Positions 28,186 to 39,095 of a stretch of DNA of 64,000 nt are shown piece by piece. The position numbers and the translations under genes are program-made. Every line of letters begins with the position of its first letter. Within the stretch, counting starts at the first letter, position 1. The notes beneath the pieces are model-generated. The model did not search any database, was not told where the DNA came from, and worked only from the letters and a program-made list of their open reading frames with translations. The DNA comes from Methanotrichaceae archaeon (lineage in GTDB: Archaea; Halobacteriota; Methanosarcinia; Methanotrichales; Methanotrichaceae), in NCBI GenBank assembly GCA_963803145.1, contig CAWDLW010000008.1, forward strand, positions 416,001 to 480,000. The letters run 5' to 3'.

Positions 28186-29215
28186 GATGGCTCCCGTTAT
28201 TAGGGAGTGTGAACGAAGAAGCCGAGACTATTTCGTGCTTCATACGGGACAACACTATTCTTACGAGATGGATAAAGTCTTCTTCGAGGAGCTTGAGCTT
28301 CCTCAACCAGCATACAACCTGGATGCTGGATCGGGAACTCATGCAGAACAGACTGGAAAAATCATGGCGGGCATCGAAAAGGTTCTTATGAAAGAGATGC
28401 CTGATGTCGTCCTTGTTCAAGGGGATACTAATACAGTTCTGGCTGGTGCCTTGGCTGCCTCAAAGTTACATATTAAAGTTGGGCACGTTGAGGCAGGGCT
28501 CAGGAGCTATGACAGAAACATGCCCGAGGAGATAAATCGGGTTGTAGCAGATCACGTTTCTGATTATCTATTTGCACCTACAGAGACCGCTAAGAATAAT
28601 CTGATTAAAGAAGGAATACCTGAAGATAAGATCTTTATCACGGGAAATACCATCGTAGATTCAGTATATCAAAACAAAGAGATCGCTGAAAGAAAAGTTA
28701 ATGTATTAAAGAATTTAGGACTCAAGCCCAAAGAATATTTTCTGGTAACTATTCATAGAGCGGAGAACGTTGATAATAGTAATAGGCTCAGGGATATCAT
28801 CAAAGGCCTGGAGTTAATAGGCCGTGAGTTTTCACTGCCTGTAGTATTTCCCATACATCCCAGGACTAGAAAGATGGCCCAGGAATTTAACTTTGAATTT
28901 GATGGCATTAGGACCATCAATCCATTAGGGTTCTTGGAGTTCTTGCAGCTTGAAGCAAACGCAAAGCTCGCTTTAACGGATTCTGGAGGAGTACAAGAGG
29001 AAACCTGTATCCTCGGCGTTCCTTGTGTCACTTTGAGAGATAATACTGAGAGGCCAGAAACATTGGAAGTTAAATCCAATACCCTCATTGGAGCAAATGC
29101 AGATGAAATGCTGAAAGGAGCTAAATATATGTTAACGCAGAGCAATGGATGGAAAAATCCCTTTGGTGATGGATATGCAAGTAAATTGATTCTTGATTCT
29201 ATATCTTTAACTTAA
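28142..29215 (+). CDS. wecB: UDP-N-acetylglucosamine 2-epimerase (non-hydrolysing)
   Basis: GTRPEIIK, HTGQHY, GHVEAGLRS, TDSGGVQEE, NPFGDG. Confidence 0.95.
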   Translation: MSIAVVLGTRPEIIKMAPVIRECERRSRDYFVLHTGQHYSYEMDKVFFEELELPQPAYNLDAGSGTHAEQTGKIMAGIEKVLMKEMPDVVLVQGDTNTVLAGALAASKLHIKVGHVEAGLRSYDRNMPEEINRVVADHVSDYLFAPTETAKNNLIKEGIPEDKIFITGNTIVDSVYQNKEIAERKVNVLKNLGLKPKEYFLVTIHRAENVDNSNRLRDIIKGLELIGREFSLPVVFPIHPRTRKMAQEFNFEFDGIRTINPLGFLEFLQLEANAKLALTDSGGVQEETCILGVPCVTLRDNTERPETLEVKSNTLIGANADEMLKGAKYMLTQSNGWKNPFGDGYASKLILDSISLT

Positions 29216-29245
29216 GTTTCCAATCATTCTATTGAGGTTTCTTAA

Positions 29246-31066
29246 ATGGATACTACTAAAATACTGGTTACTGGCGGAGCTGGGTTTATTGGTACCAACC
29301 TAGTACACCATAACATTAATTTCTTAACTCTAAATAATGTCTGGAGAATTTCTCTCTGGCTTTAGATTTGGTGAACTTCCATCTAACAGTTGCCTTTGCC
29401 TTGTTGCGATCCTGCTCCCAAGCGCCCGCCTCAAGGGCTAATGTCTTGATATCCCCAATTCTCCTATTCAAGCATTGTCTAGAAAGCGCGGAGAACTCAA
29501 TCTCAGCCATGTTAAGCCAGCTGCCTTTCTTTGGAGTAAAATGGAACTCAAACTTCTTGGCAAGCTCAAAAGCCATCTCAGGAGGAAAGGCTTCATAAAA
29601 TGAACCTGCGGAGTGGGTATTGAGATTGTCTTGGACAACTCGAAGCGATTCTGCATTGGGATATTGCTGAGCAAGTTCATTCATAAAATCCGCATAGTCT
29701 ACCTTTGTCCTATGCTCCTTAACACGGATCATCCTCATGCCTGCATGCGGATCAAAGGCGATAAAAACACAGCATATACCATTACGGCGATATTCGTAGT
29801 CGATTTTTTGTGGCTTTCCCGGTTTAGGAGGAACAGGAACTAAAACATTATCTATCAGTTGGCATGGCATCTCATCCATGCAGATTAAGGGATGCTTAGG
29901 ATCACAAGATTGCTCATATTGATCCAATACATCTTCCATATGCATGATGTAATCGCTTGTTATCTTGCCAATACACCATCGAACCTTTTGCCAGGGCTTG
30001 GTTTCACTTTTTTTAAAGTTCTTTGGATACTCATAGCGGAGATGGAATCTACTGCTTTCAATTCCACAAGTTTATCAGCTATAAGCTGAAGAGTCCAACT
30101 TGATCTGCCTTCTGGTGGTTCGGAACAAGCAAGGAGAGTCACTTGTGCCTCAATCGTTCCATCGATCTTTATCGGCGCTCCGCTGCGGGGCTTCTCATTT
30201 ATCGCAGAGTCTAAACCTTCCTGGCAGTATCTTTTCTTTATCTGGATTATCGTAGGTTTAGTGGTTTTTAAAACTTCTACGATCTCTTCGTTTGAGTACC
30301 CTTCATCTGCCATGAGTAGTATCCTCGCTCGGGTCAAGCTTCTTGCTGACGTCTTTCCTCGACGAATAAGTCGGTTTAGATATGCCAGGTCTTCATCTGT
30401 TAGATTTACGACGAATATAGTTTTTCTCGACATTGTTATTAGATACGGAGACTTTTTAGTTTAAAAAACTTTTGTTATGACGCGCTAGTCAATGAACTCA
30501 AGAGTAGAGGACATGAAGTAACGGCTCTAGATCTCTATAATACCGATAGAGAAAATTACATACGTGGCGATGTGCGAAACTACCGCCAACTTGAAAGAGT
30601 TTTCGATAAGCAGAAGTTCGATTATGTTTATCATTTGGCTGCAGAATACGGCCGATGGAATGGTGAAGATTATTATGAGAACCTCTGGCAGACCAATATT
30701 TTAGGCACAAAGCATATGCTCAGGCTCCAGGAGAAGGTGAAGTTTAGAATGATTTTCTTTTCTAGTGCCGAGGTTTATGGGGACTATGAAGGTATCATGT
30801 CAGAAGACGTTATGGTAAATAACCCAATAAGGGATACATATCAGATGAACGATTATGCCATAACCAAATGGGCCGGAGAGCTTATGTGCATGAACTCAGA
30901 CAAAATGTTCGGAACAGAAACCGTTCAAGTAAGGCCATTTAATTGCTATGGGCCGCATGAGCATTACAATCCTTGCAGGGGATTCATCCCTAAGTTCATT
31001 TATCATGCCCTTTTCAATAGGCCTTATACGGTCTTCAAGGGACATAAGAGAATAGAGGACTACTAA
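29246..31066 (+). pseudogene. NDP-sugar epimerase/dehydratase interrupted by IS630 and 3'-truncated
   Basis: MDTTKILVTGGAGFIGTNL | IS | VNELKSRGHEV...YAITK...HKRI. Confidence 0.85.
29303..30485 (-). mobile_element. IS630 family element (two ORFs, probable frameshift at an A run)
   Basis: TA duplication at 29301-2 and 30486-7; imperfect TIRs gtacaccataaca/tgttatgacgcgc; HTH ORF 29960-30433 and DDE ORF 29316-29945 (MDE, QDNLNTH, WLNMAEIEF). Confidence 0.92.
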
Positions 31067-31068
31067 CA

Positions 31069-31359
31069 ATGGGTTTAAGAGAGGAAGCAATAGGAGAAGC
31101 ATTCAATCTTGGCTCTGCTAAAGAATATAAAGTTATAGATATGGCAGGCATTGTGAACAAGCTAACTGGAAACGATACTCCTGTAATATTTACAGAACGA
31201 GGGAATTGGGATGTCAAGTGTAGATTGCTTTCTTCAGTTGAAAAAGCAAATCGGATTCTTGGATATAAACCACAAATAAAGTTTAAAGAGGGATTAGAAA
31301 AGGTATATTTATGGTTTTCAATTAACTGGAACGATATTAAACAAAGTGCAGAATTCTAA
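31069..31359 (+). pseudogene. C-terminal remnant of a second NDP-sugar epimerase
   Basis: GEAFNLGS...ILGYKPQIKFKEGL; no N-terminal Rossmann fold. Confidence 0.75.
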
Positions 31360-31388
31360 ACATAATATTTGTAGAGAGATAACGAATC

Positions 31389-32342
31389 ATGAAGTATTTT
31401 GTTACGGGCGGATCAGGATTCATTGGAAGCAATCTTGTTGATCGGCTTCTTTCCTCTGGTAATGAAGTGGTAATTTTCGATAACTTCTCAACAGGATTTG
31501 AGAAATTTCTATCAAATGCAAGAAGAAACAAAAATTTTACTGAAATACGTGGCGATTTGCTGAACGTAGATTTATTATCTGGTTCAATGAAAGGTTGTGA
31601 TTTTATTTTTCACCTCGCTTCAAATGCAGATGTTAGGTTTGGCACCGAGCACCCCTCAAAAGATCTCCACCAAAACACAATTGCCACGTTCAATGTTCTC
31701 GAAGCAATGCGGAGAAATTCAATTTGTAAAATTGCTTTCGCATCCACGGGCTCAGTATATGGGGAGGCTTCAATAATTCCCACTCCAGAAAATGCTCCGT
31801 TCCCAATTCAGACTTCTCTTTATGGGGCATCAAAGCTTGCGGGAGAAGGGCTAATATCGGCATATTGTGAAGGATTTGGATTTCAGTCTTGGATCTTTCG
31901 GTTTGTTTCGATTTTAGGAGAAAGGTACACTCACGGGCATATTTTTGATTTCTATAAGCAACTCCTTGATCACCCAAACAAGTTAGAGGTCTTGGGCAAT
32001 GGGCATCAAAAGAAATCATATCTTTATGTGCAAGATTGCATTGATGCTATGAAAATAGCTATAGAAAAATCTCAAAAAAAAGTGAATATATTTAACCTTG
32101 GCACGGATGAATATTGCGAGGTGAACGACTCGATCAGATGGATAATTAATCACCTAGAAATTGATCCCGATATTATCTATATGGGTGGAGAACGCGGATG
32201 GATTGGAGATAATCCTTTTATATTTCTCAAATGCCAGAAAATGAAATCTCTTGGTTGGGAATCCAATTGCTCTATTAAGGAAAGTATAATAAAAACTTTG
32301 AATTATCTTCAAAATAATAAATATTTATTATATGGACGATGA
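31389..32342 (+). CDS. NAD-dependent epimerase/dehydratase
   Basis: TGGSGFIG, YGASK. Confidence 0.9.
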   Translation: MKYFVTGGSGFIGSNLVDRLLSSGNEVVIFDNFSTGFEKFLSNARRNKNFTEIRGDLLNVDLLSGSMKGCDFIFHLASNADVRFGTEHPSKDLHQNTIATFNVLEAMRRNSICKIAFASTGSVYGEASIIPTPENAPFPIQTSLYGASKLAGEGLISAYCEGFGFQSWIFRFVSILGERYTHGHIFDFYKQLLDHPNKLEVLGNGHQKKSYLYVQDCIDAMKIAIEKSQKKVNIFNLGTDEYCEVNDSIRWIINHLEIDPDIIYMGGERGWIGDNPFIFLKCQKMKSLGWESNCSIKESIIKTLNYLQNNKYLLYGR

Positions 32343-32439
32343 ATCTAAACTAATTTAATCAAACGATTAGCAAGGATCTTCGAACTGAATATTATCTGTG
32401 ATGGACTTCAGTTGATATAATAAATCACTGGGTGTTGTA

Positions 32440-33405
32440 ATGAATTCAAAAGATAATAAAAAAAATCCGAAGATATCTGTAATTATTCCTGTAAAAAATG
32501 ATGAAATTAAAATTGTTAACTGTCTAGATGCTCTGTGTCAACAATCCTTGAAGCCACATGAAATAATTGTTGTTGATGGACATTCAACTGATAATACGAT
32601 CATTAATATAGAAAGATTTCCCGTAAAAATATTCCTAGAAAATTATGGGACGGTTGCGGGCGCAAGACAGATAGGATTATTGAATGCAACTGGAGATTTT
32701 GTTGCTTTTACTGATTCCGATTGTATACCTCTAAATAATTGGCTTGAGGAGTTATATGTCGAATTTAAGGATGGTATAATTGGTGTCGGCGGGGGAACTT
32801 TATGTTCTGATAAACAATTTTGGAGATCCTCAATTTATCTCTCTTTAAATACTTTTTTTGGAAGTGCCAAATCAATTCAAGATAGATTTTATAAAACTGA
32901 AAAAATTGTTAAAAGTATAAGCGGAAGTAATTCTATGTATCGCAGGTCTGATTTATTAAATGTTGGAGGATTTAATATAAATATCGATAAAAAAATAGGT
33001 TCCAGCGAAGATACAGACCTAAATCGTAAACTAATTAAGATTGGAAAATTATTGTATACTCCTAAGGCTCTTGTGGCGCATGACCATAATGAAAATCTAT
33101 CTAAATTTGCGAAGAGAATGTATTTTTGGGGCTTTTTAAGAGCGAAAGATAAATTTTGGGATACTCAAGCAATTCCGCCTTTTTTAGTATTGTTTATTCT
33201 AATAGTTTCGGTTTTCTACAATAATCTTTTTATATATAGCATGGCGTTATATCTATCAATTATTCTAATATATGGTATATTAATTTTTGTTAGGGAAGCA
33301 AAAATTGAGTATGCTATTTCAGTCCCTATCGTTTTTGTTGTCGAACATTTTTTTTATATTATAGGCTTTTGGAGGGGGTTAGTAAAAGCAACATTAAATA
33401 AATGA
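32440..33405 (+). CDS. GT2 glycosyltransferase with C-terminal TM helices
   Basis: SVIIPVKN, VDGHSTD, FTDSD, SED. Confidence 0.9.
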   Translation: MNSKDNKKNPKISVIIPVKNDEIKIVNCLDALCQQSLKPHEIIVVDGHSTDNTIINIERFPVKIFLENYGTVAGARQIGLLNATGDFVAFTDSDCIPLNNWLEELYVEFKDGIIGVGGGTLCSDKQFWRSSIYLSLNTFFGSAKSIQDRFYKTEKIVKSISGSNSMYRRSDLLNVGGFNINIDKKIGSSEDTDLNRKLIKIGKLLYTPKALVAHDHNENLSKFAKRMYFWGFLRAKDKFWDTQAIPPFLVLFILIVSVFYNNLFIYSMALYLSIILIYGILIFVREAKIEYAISVPIVFVVEHFFYIIGFWRGLVKATLNK

Positions 33406-33463
33406 TAAATCAATTCAACATAGATTGCATATATAAGGAAACATTTTAAAGGAGTCGGTTGTC

Positions 33464-34447
33464 TTGATAATCACACGAAGTCCTCTTAGGATTTCACTTG
33501 GCGGTGGAGGTACGGATCTTCCTTCATATTATAGGCAATATGAAGGGTTCCTAATTGCCGCAGCGATTGATAAATATATCTATATTACACTACACGATAC
33601 CTTTTATAAGGAAATTATAATCAGGTACTCTAAAACTGAGCATGTTCGTAGTATCGACGAGATACAGCATCCGATTATAAAAGAGGCGCTTAAACTCTTG
33701 AATATCAATTCCGAAAGCTTTGAGTTATCAAGCTTCGCGGATGTTCCTGCGGGTACTGGGCTAGGATCATCTGGCAGTTTCACATGCGCCCTTCTTAAAG
33801 CATTACATACCTATAATAAGACGTTTATTAAGCCTGATGATCTTGCAGAAGAGGCGTGTCATATAGAAATAGATAGACTTGGCGAACCCGTTGGCAAACA
33901 AGACCAGTACATCTCGGCTTTTGGTGGAATAAATTGTTTTACATTTTGCAAAAATGACGAAGTGATAATCAAAGAGCTTAATATCTCACAGGAAACGTTA
34001 TATAATCTCGAAGATAACTTGCTTCTATTCTTTACTGACCATTTTCATTCTGCTGCATTAGTTCTCAAAGAACAAGATGAAAAAAGTAAGAATAATGATA
34101 TTTCAATGATCGATAATCTCCACTTCGTAAAAGAGCTTGGAAAAAAGAGCAAAATAGCATTAGAGCATGGAGATCTAGAAGAATTTGCCCATTTGATGAA
34201 TATTCATTGGGACTATAAGAAAAAGCGATCTGATTCGATGAGCAACAGCAAGATTAATGCTTGGTATGATATTGCCCTAAAAAAAGGAGCATTAGGTGGA
34301 AAACTTATTGGTGCTGGTGGGGGTGGTTTTTTAATGTTTTATGCAGAGGATAACAAGAAGCTTCGAAAAGCGATGGCTGATGAGGGGCTTCGAGAAATTA
34401 GATTCCGTTTTGATTTTGATGGTAATAAAGTGGTGAATTCTCTATAA
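33464..34447 (+). CDS. hddA: D-glycero-alpha-D-manno-heptose-7-phosphate kinase (GHMP family)
   Basis: PLRISLGGGGTD, PAGTGLGSSG, GKQDQY, GAGGGGF. Confidence 0.85.
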   Translation: MIITRSPLRISLGGGGTDLPSYYRQYEGFLIAAAIDKYIYITLHDTFYKEIIIRYSKTEHVRSIDEIQHPIIKEALKLLNINSESFELSSFADVPAGTGLGSSGSFTCALLKALHTYNKTFIKPDDLAEEACHIEIDRLGEPVGKQDQYISAFGGINCFTFCKNDEVIIKELNISQETLYNLEDNLLLFFTDHFHSAALVLKEQDEKSKNNDISMIDNLHFVKELGKKSKIALEHGDLEEFAHLMNIHWDYKKKRSDSMSNSKINAWYDIALKKGALGGKLIGAGGGGFLMFYAEDNKKLRKAMADEGLREIRFRFDFDGNKVVNSL

Positions 34448-35151
34448 TGTTGCCTGTTGTAATTCTTTGTGGGGGGCTGGCAACACGTCTCTATCCGGTT
34501 ACACTCACTATCCCGAAACCATTGATTGAGATTGATGGGAAGCCATTTATCCATCATCAGCTGAAACTTCTTAAGGAAAAAGGTGTTAAAAAGGTTTTTC
34601 TTTGCACTGGCTATCTTAGCGAAATGATCGAAGACTATGTAGATGATGGATCATTATGGGGACTTGATATCGAATATTCATATGATGGAGATACTTTACT
34701 TGGAACAGGTGGCGCAATAAAAAAGTTGACAAACATATTACCTGAATCATTCTTGGTACTATATGGCGATTCTTATCTAAATATTGATTTTGAATATGTA
34801 GTAAAGTGCTTTTATTCGTATGATTTCCCTGTTTTAATGACTATCTATAAAAACAAAAACAAATTCGATATTAGCAATATTGCTGTAAGCAATGGAAAGG
34901 TCATAAGGTACGATAAAAGGACTCCTGACATAACCCTGAATTATATAGATTATGGTTTAATCGCATTACAGCGGAAAATTTTTGAGAAATGTCCTTCAAA
35001 CGAACCGTTTGATCTTTCGCTCTTACTTTCTAGGATGGTGGATTTAGGACAGGTAGCCGCGCTTGAAATATATAATCGTTTTTATGAAATTGGGTCTATT
35101 CAAGGAATTAAAGAAACTGAGACTTATATCCGAAATTGTACATTTCGTTAG
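34447..35151 (+). CDS. hddC: Sugar-1-phosphate nucleotidyltransferase (HddC-like)
   Basis: LCGGLATRL...PKPL, LGTGGA, YGDS; context. Confidence 0.75.
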   Translation: MLPVVILCGGLATRLYPVTLTIPKPLIEIDGKPFIHHQLKLLKEKGVKKVFLCTGYLSEMIEDYVDDGSLWGLDIEYSYDGDTLLGTGGAIKKLTNILPESFLVLYGDSYLNIDFEYVVKCFYSYDFPVLMTIYKNKNKFDISNIAVSNGKVIRYDKRTPDITLNYIDYGLIALQRKIFEKCPSNEPFDLSLLLSRMVDLGQVAALEIYNRFYEIGSIQGIKETETYIRNCTFR

Positions 35152-35214
35152 TCAAACGAGCATACTTTGCCATAAGGTTAAGGTTCTCGATTTTAAAAAA
35201 AGGGGTGAGTATTC

Positions 35215-35820
35215 ATGAAGGAAGATGAATATATATCAGCATTTCTAGAGGATGCCATTACAATCATCCAAAAAATTGATCGTACTCAAATAATGAATAT
35301 GTCAAATATACTCCAAAATATTCGTGCACATGAAGGAAGACTATTTATCCTTGGTGTTGGAGGAGGCGCTGGCAATGCATCGCATGCCGTAAACGATTTT
35401 CGAAAGATCACAGGTATAGAATCATATACTCCAACTGATAATGTTTCTGAGCTAACCGCTCGCATCAATGATGATGGATGGGAAACGATTTTCGAAAACT
35501 GGCTAAAAGGAAGCCGGCTTAACTCAAATGATTGCATTTTGGTATTTTCAGTTGGAGGAGGAAATGCAGAAAAAAATGTTAGTGTGAATCTAGTGAATGC
35601 CCTGCAATATGCAAAAGATAAGGGAGCAAAAGTAGTTGGTGTTGTAGGAAGGGATGGTGGCTATACAGCTAAAGTCGCTGATGCTTGCGTAATTATCCCA
35701 ACGGTAAATGAGAAGACTATAACCCCGCAGACTGAGGCATTTCAGGCGGTGATCTGGCATATGATTGTTTCAAATCCAGCTTTACAAAAATTTGAAATGA
35801 AATGGGAAAGCACAAAATAA
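35215..35820 (+). CDS. gmhA: SIS-domain phosphoheptose isomerase
   Basis: GVGGGAGNASHAVND, TARIND, SVGGGN; context. Confidence 0.78.
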   Translation: MKEDEYISAFLEDAITIIQKIDRTQIMNMSNILQNIRAHEGRLFILGVGGGAGNASHAVNDFRKITGIESYTPTDNVSELTARINDDGWETIFENWLKGSRLNSNDCILVFSVGGGNAEKNVSVNLVNALQYAKDKGAKVVGVVGRDGGYTAKVADACVIIPTVNEKTITPQTEAFQAVIWHMIVSNPALQKFEMKWESTK

Positions 35821-35832
35821 TATAGATTAGAG

Positions 35833-36405
35833 ATGAAACCTGCAATTTTTCTTGATCGTGATGGGGTTATTAATAATCTGGTATTTAATGGTGTTACTGG
35901 TGAATATGAACCTCCGCATAACTCTGATGATCTATTATTGTGCACTCACGCTATAGAATCACTTCAATTACTTCAAGATTCTGGCTTTGAGCTTTTTCTT
36001 GTTTCTAATCAGCCAGATTTTGCAAAAGGTAAAACGACATTAGAAAATTTACACGCAGTTCATAGTTATCTTGATTGTTTATTGAAATCCAATAATATTT
36101 TCTTTAGTGAATATTATTACTGTTACCATCACCCAAATGGTATCGTTCCAGAATATTCGGTTGATTGTATATGCCGGAAGCCTAAACCATACTTTCTTCA
36201 ATGTGCAGCAAAACAGTATGATATAGATCTCTTACAATCATGGATGGTAGGTGACCGGGATACTGATGTTAAGTGCGGTAATGCTGCAGGAACCCAGACA
36301 ATCTTGATTGAAGAGCCGCTATCATCGAAGTATAGGGGGTCTAGTCTTCCCGATTATAGTGCTGCAAGTCTAGCAGGTGCAATAAATATAATAGTTCATG
36401 ATTGA
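35833..36405 (+). CDS. gmhB: Heptose-bisphosphate phosphatase (HAD-IIIA)
   Basis: FLDRDGVIN, SNQ, CRKPKP, MVGDR. Confidence 0.88.
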   Translation: MKPAIFLDRDGVINNLVFNGVTGEYEPPHNSDDLLLCTHAIESLQLLQDSGFELFLVSNQPDFAKGKTTLENLHAVHSYLDCLLKSNNIFFSEYYYCYHHPNGIVPEYSVDCICRKPKPYFLQCAAKQYDIDLLQSWMVGDRDTDVKCGNAAGTQTILIEEPLSSKYRGSSLPDYSAASLAGAINIIVHD

Positions 36406-36417
36406 ATTTGTCGTTAT

Positions 36418-37161
36418 TTGAGAGGAGATATTATGAATTCTATGAAAGGATTGCCGCAATTTAGGATTAAGCTCTATGCGGATGGAGCTGATTTGAATAG
36501 CATGAATGAGGAATACAAAAAAGGGATCGTAAGCGGTTTTACAACCAATCCTACCCTTATGAAAAAAGCTGGGGTCAAGAATTATGAGGAATTTGCAAAG
36601 GCTGCCCTGGAGGCAATTCCTGACCTACCTATCTCGTTCGAAGTGTTTTCCGATGACATTCAGATCATGGAGATGGAAGCAAGGAAAATTGCAGATTGGG
36701 GCGATAATGTTTATATTAAGATCCCAGTAACGAATACAAAGGGAATAAGCACTACTGCAATTGTGAAAAAACTTTCCCAGGATGGCTTAAAGCTAAATGT
36801 AACGGCAATCCTGACACTCGACCAAGTTAAATCTGTTGCCAAAGTGCTCTCCTATGAGACTTCGAGTATCGTATCTGTATTTGCAGGTCGAATTGCTGAT
36901 ACGGGAAGGGATCCTGTACCGATCATGAAAGAGGCAGTGAAAATTCTTAAACCGAACCCAAAGTCTGAACTCCTTTGGGCAAGTACAAGAGAATTGCTCA
37001 ATCTTGCTCAGGCGGAATCATGTGGATGTCACATTATCACAATAACTAATGATATCCTAAAGAAAATACCTCTTATCGGCAGAGATCTTTCAGATATTTC
37101 CCTAGAAACTGTTCAGATGTTTTATAACGATGCACAAAATGCCGGATATAAGATTTTTTAA
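36418..37161 (+). CDS. tal: Transaldolase (small type)
   Basis: GFTTNPTL, YIKIP Schiff-base Lys, NVTA, FAGRIAD, LWASTR. Confidence 0.88.
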   Translation: MRGDIMNSMKGLPQFRIKLYADGADLNSMNEEYKKGIVSGFTTNPTLMKKAGVKNYEEFAKAALEAIPDLPISFEVFSDDIQIMEMEARKIADWGDNVYIKIPVTNTKGISTTAIVKKLSQDGLKLNVTAILTLDQVKSVAKVLSYETSSIVSVFAGRIADTGRDPVPIMKEAVKILKPNPKSELLWASTRELLNLAQAESCGCHIITITNDILKKIPLIGRDLSDISLETVQMFYNDAQNAGYKIF

Positions 37162-37379
37162 TTTTCTTGCATTTCTGAAATGTATTATCCGGCTAAGTAT
37201 GGAATAGGGCCCATCCCTAGAGGATTCCTATAAACCTATGTCATATTATAATCGAGAGTATTAAATGCCATAAATAGTATTTATTTCCATGTATTCTTTA
37301 TTAAATGAGTATTGAAAAATCTAAATGCGAAGCAAGAAAGACCCAAATTATGCTAAATATCTGAATTAATCGATTGGGC

Positions 37380-37574
37380 GCTCTCAGGTTAGATTTTCAC
37401 TGTACTGGATATCATAAGCTTTGCTCGGCGCACTGGTAGCTCAATCTCTTTGCGAAGTTGCTCTATTGTTCCTCCTTCGTTCATAATCCCCAATGAATTG
37501 GTATCCGCGTCTCATTATTTAATTCTTCTGATGATTGCATTCAGAGCAAATCTGAGAGGGAGCTAAACACATAC
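37380..37574 (-). mobile_element. IS66-type left-end remnant (inner boundary approximate)
   Basis: Same TIR gctaaacacatac (37562-37574) as the IS66 copies, followed on the minus strand by MNEGGTIEQLRKEIEL, similar to their transposase N-terminus. Confidence 0.6.
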
Positions 37575-37792
37575 CATATTTTGTTAAGACCACTTATATG
37601 GAATTGATAGAAGCTACTTTCTGCCCATAGTCAGGATAACATTTATGCAGCAACAAAATGATGAAACCCATATTTGACCTCATAACTATTCCTTAGAATG
37701 AGGGATATATAATCATTTATCTGTGTATAATATTCGTTTTTTTAAAATATAAAAATTATTATTAATAACCTATAATCGTTTAAACCAAATAA

Positions 37793-38974
37793 TTGCTCAT
37801 TATAGAAAGCTGTTTATTATTATTAAAAAAGAATAAGGAGATCTGTTTTGTGTTTAAAGTGGCTTTTGTAAGATCAGGACCTGTTGCCCCTGAGCCCCGA
37901 GTAGAAAAAGATGCAATTGCACTGGGTAAGAACGGATATATTGTTGATATCTTGGGCTGGGATAGGACATGCACTGAAAAAAAAATTGAAAAAAAACCAT
38001 ATTATACAATAAAAAGAATTAATCTCAAAGCTCCTTTTGGAAAACCTTCATTAATTCCTAAATTAATATGTTGGTCTCTGCTCGAAATGATTTATTTATT
38101 TAGATCTAATGCCGACATAATACACGCATGTGATCTCGATACATTGATTCCTGCATTAATTGTGTCGAAATTGAAAAAAAAACTAGTAGTTTATGATTCT
38201 TTTGATTTTTATGCGCATGGTATTTCAAATAGGATCCCTAAAATTCTAATGAATTTATTGGAATATTTAGAAATAATTAGTGCTATGCATTCAGATTATG
38301 TCATTTTAGCTGATGAATCAAGAATAGAACAGTTTAAATTTAAATTAAAAAAATTTATAACCATAGTAAATAGTCCAGATTTAGATAATGCCATTAAATT
38401 TAAAGATGAAACTAATTCACAATTTACAATATTTTATGGCGGAATTTTAGATAAAAATAGAGGTCTAAATCAATTGATAGAAGCCGTCGAAGGACTGTCT
38501 GATGTATCCATAAGAATAGCAGGATACGGCTTGCATGAAGATTATTTATTAAAAGAATTTAATAAATCTAATAGAATAGTGTTTTTAGGAAAGATTCCAT
38601 ATGAAAAGATAATTAAAGAGACATTAGAATGTGATTTAGTCTATGCATTGTATAATCCTCTTATAATAAATAATAAATATGCCAGTCCAAATAAATTGTT
38701 TGAGGCCATGATGTGCAAAAAACCAATAATTGTAAGTAAGTATACTAATATGGCAAAGATAGTTGAGGATGAAAAATGTGGACTTTTAGTTGACTATAAT
38801 AACATTAACGAGCTAAGAAATGCTGTTATTATATTGAAAGAAAATGTTAATTTACGCAATGAGCTCGGTCAAAATGGTAGAGAATCATATGATGCAAAGT
38901 ATAATTGGCAAATAATGGAATCCAAATTGCTCTCGATGTATTCAAATTTATTAGAAGGATATTGTCGAAATTAA
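37793..38974 (+). CDS. GT4 glycosyltransferase
   Basis: SPNKLFEAMMCKKPII, CGLLV. Confidence 0.88.
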   Translation: MLIIESCLLLLKKNKEICFVFKVAFVRSGPVAPEPRVEKDAIALGKNGYIVDILGWDRTCTEKKIEKKPYYTIKRINLKAPFGKPSLIPKLICWSLLEMIYLFRSNADIIHACDLDTLIPALIVSKLKKKLVVYDSFDFYAHGISNRIPKILMNLLEYLEIISAMHSDYVILADESRIEQFKFKLKKFITIVNSPDLDNAIKFKDETNSQFTIFYGGILDKNRGLNQLIEAVEGLSDVSIRIAGYGLHEDYLLKEFNKSNRIVFLGKIPYEKIIKETLECDLVYALYNPLIINNKYASPNKLFEAMMCKKPIIVSKYTNMAKIVEDEKCGLLVDYNNINELRNAVIILKENVNLRNELGQNGRESYDAKYNWQIMESKLLSMYSNLLEGYCRN

Positions 38975-38994
38975 CTTGCCAGATAGAGGTGTGT

Positions 38995-39092
38995 ATGGAT
39001 GGCTCGATAACATCTATAATTACTCTGCTTTTAATGCAGAGCATTTTATTGAAGAAACTTTGCAAAGCATAATCAATCAAGATTATATCAAA
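38995..39092 (+). pseudogene. GT2 N-terminal remnant cut by IS110
   Basis: One frame reads SAFNAEHFIEETLQSIINQDY. Confidence 0.6.
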
Positions 39093-39095
39093 CGC

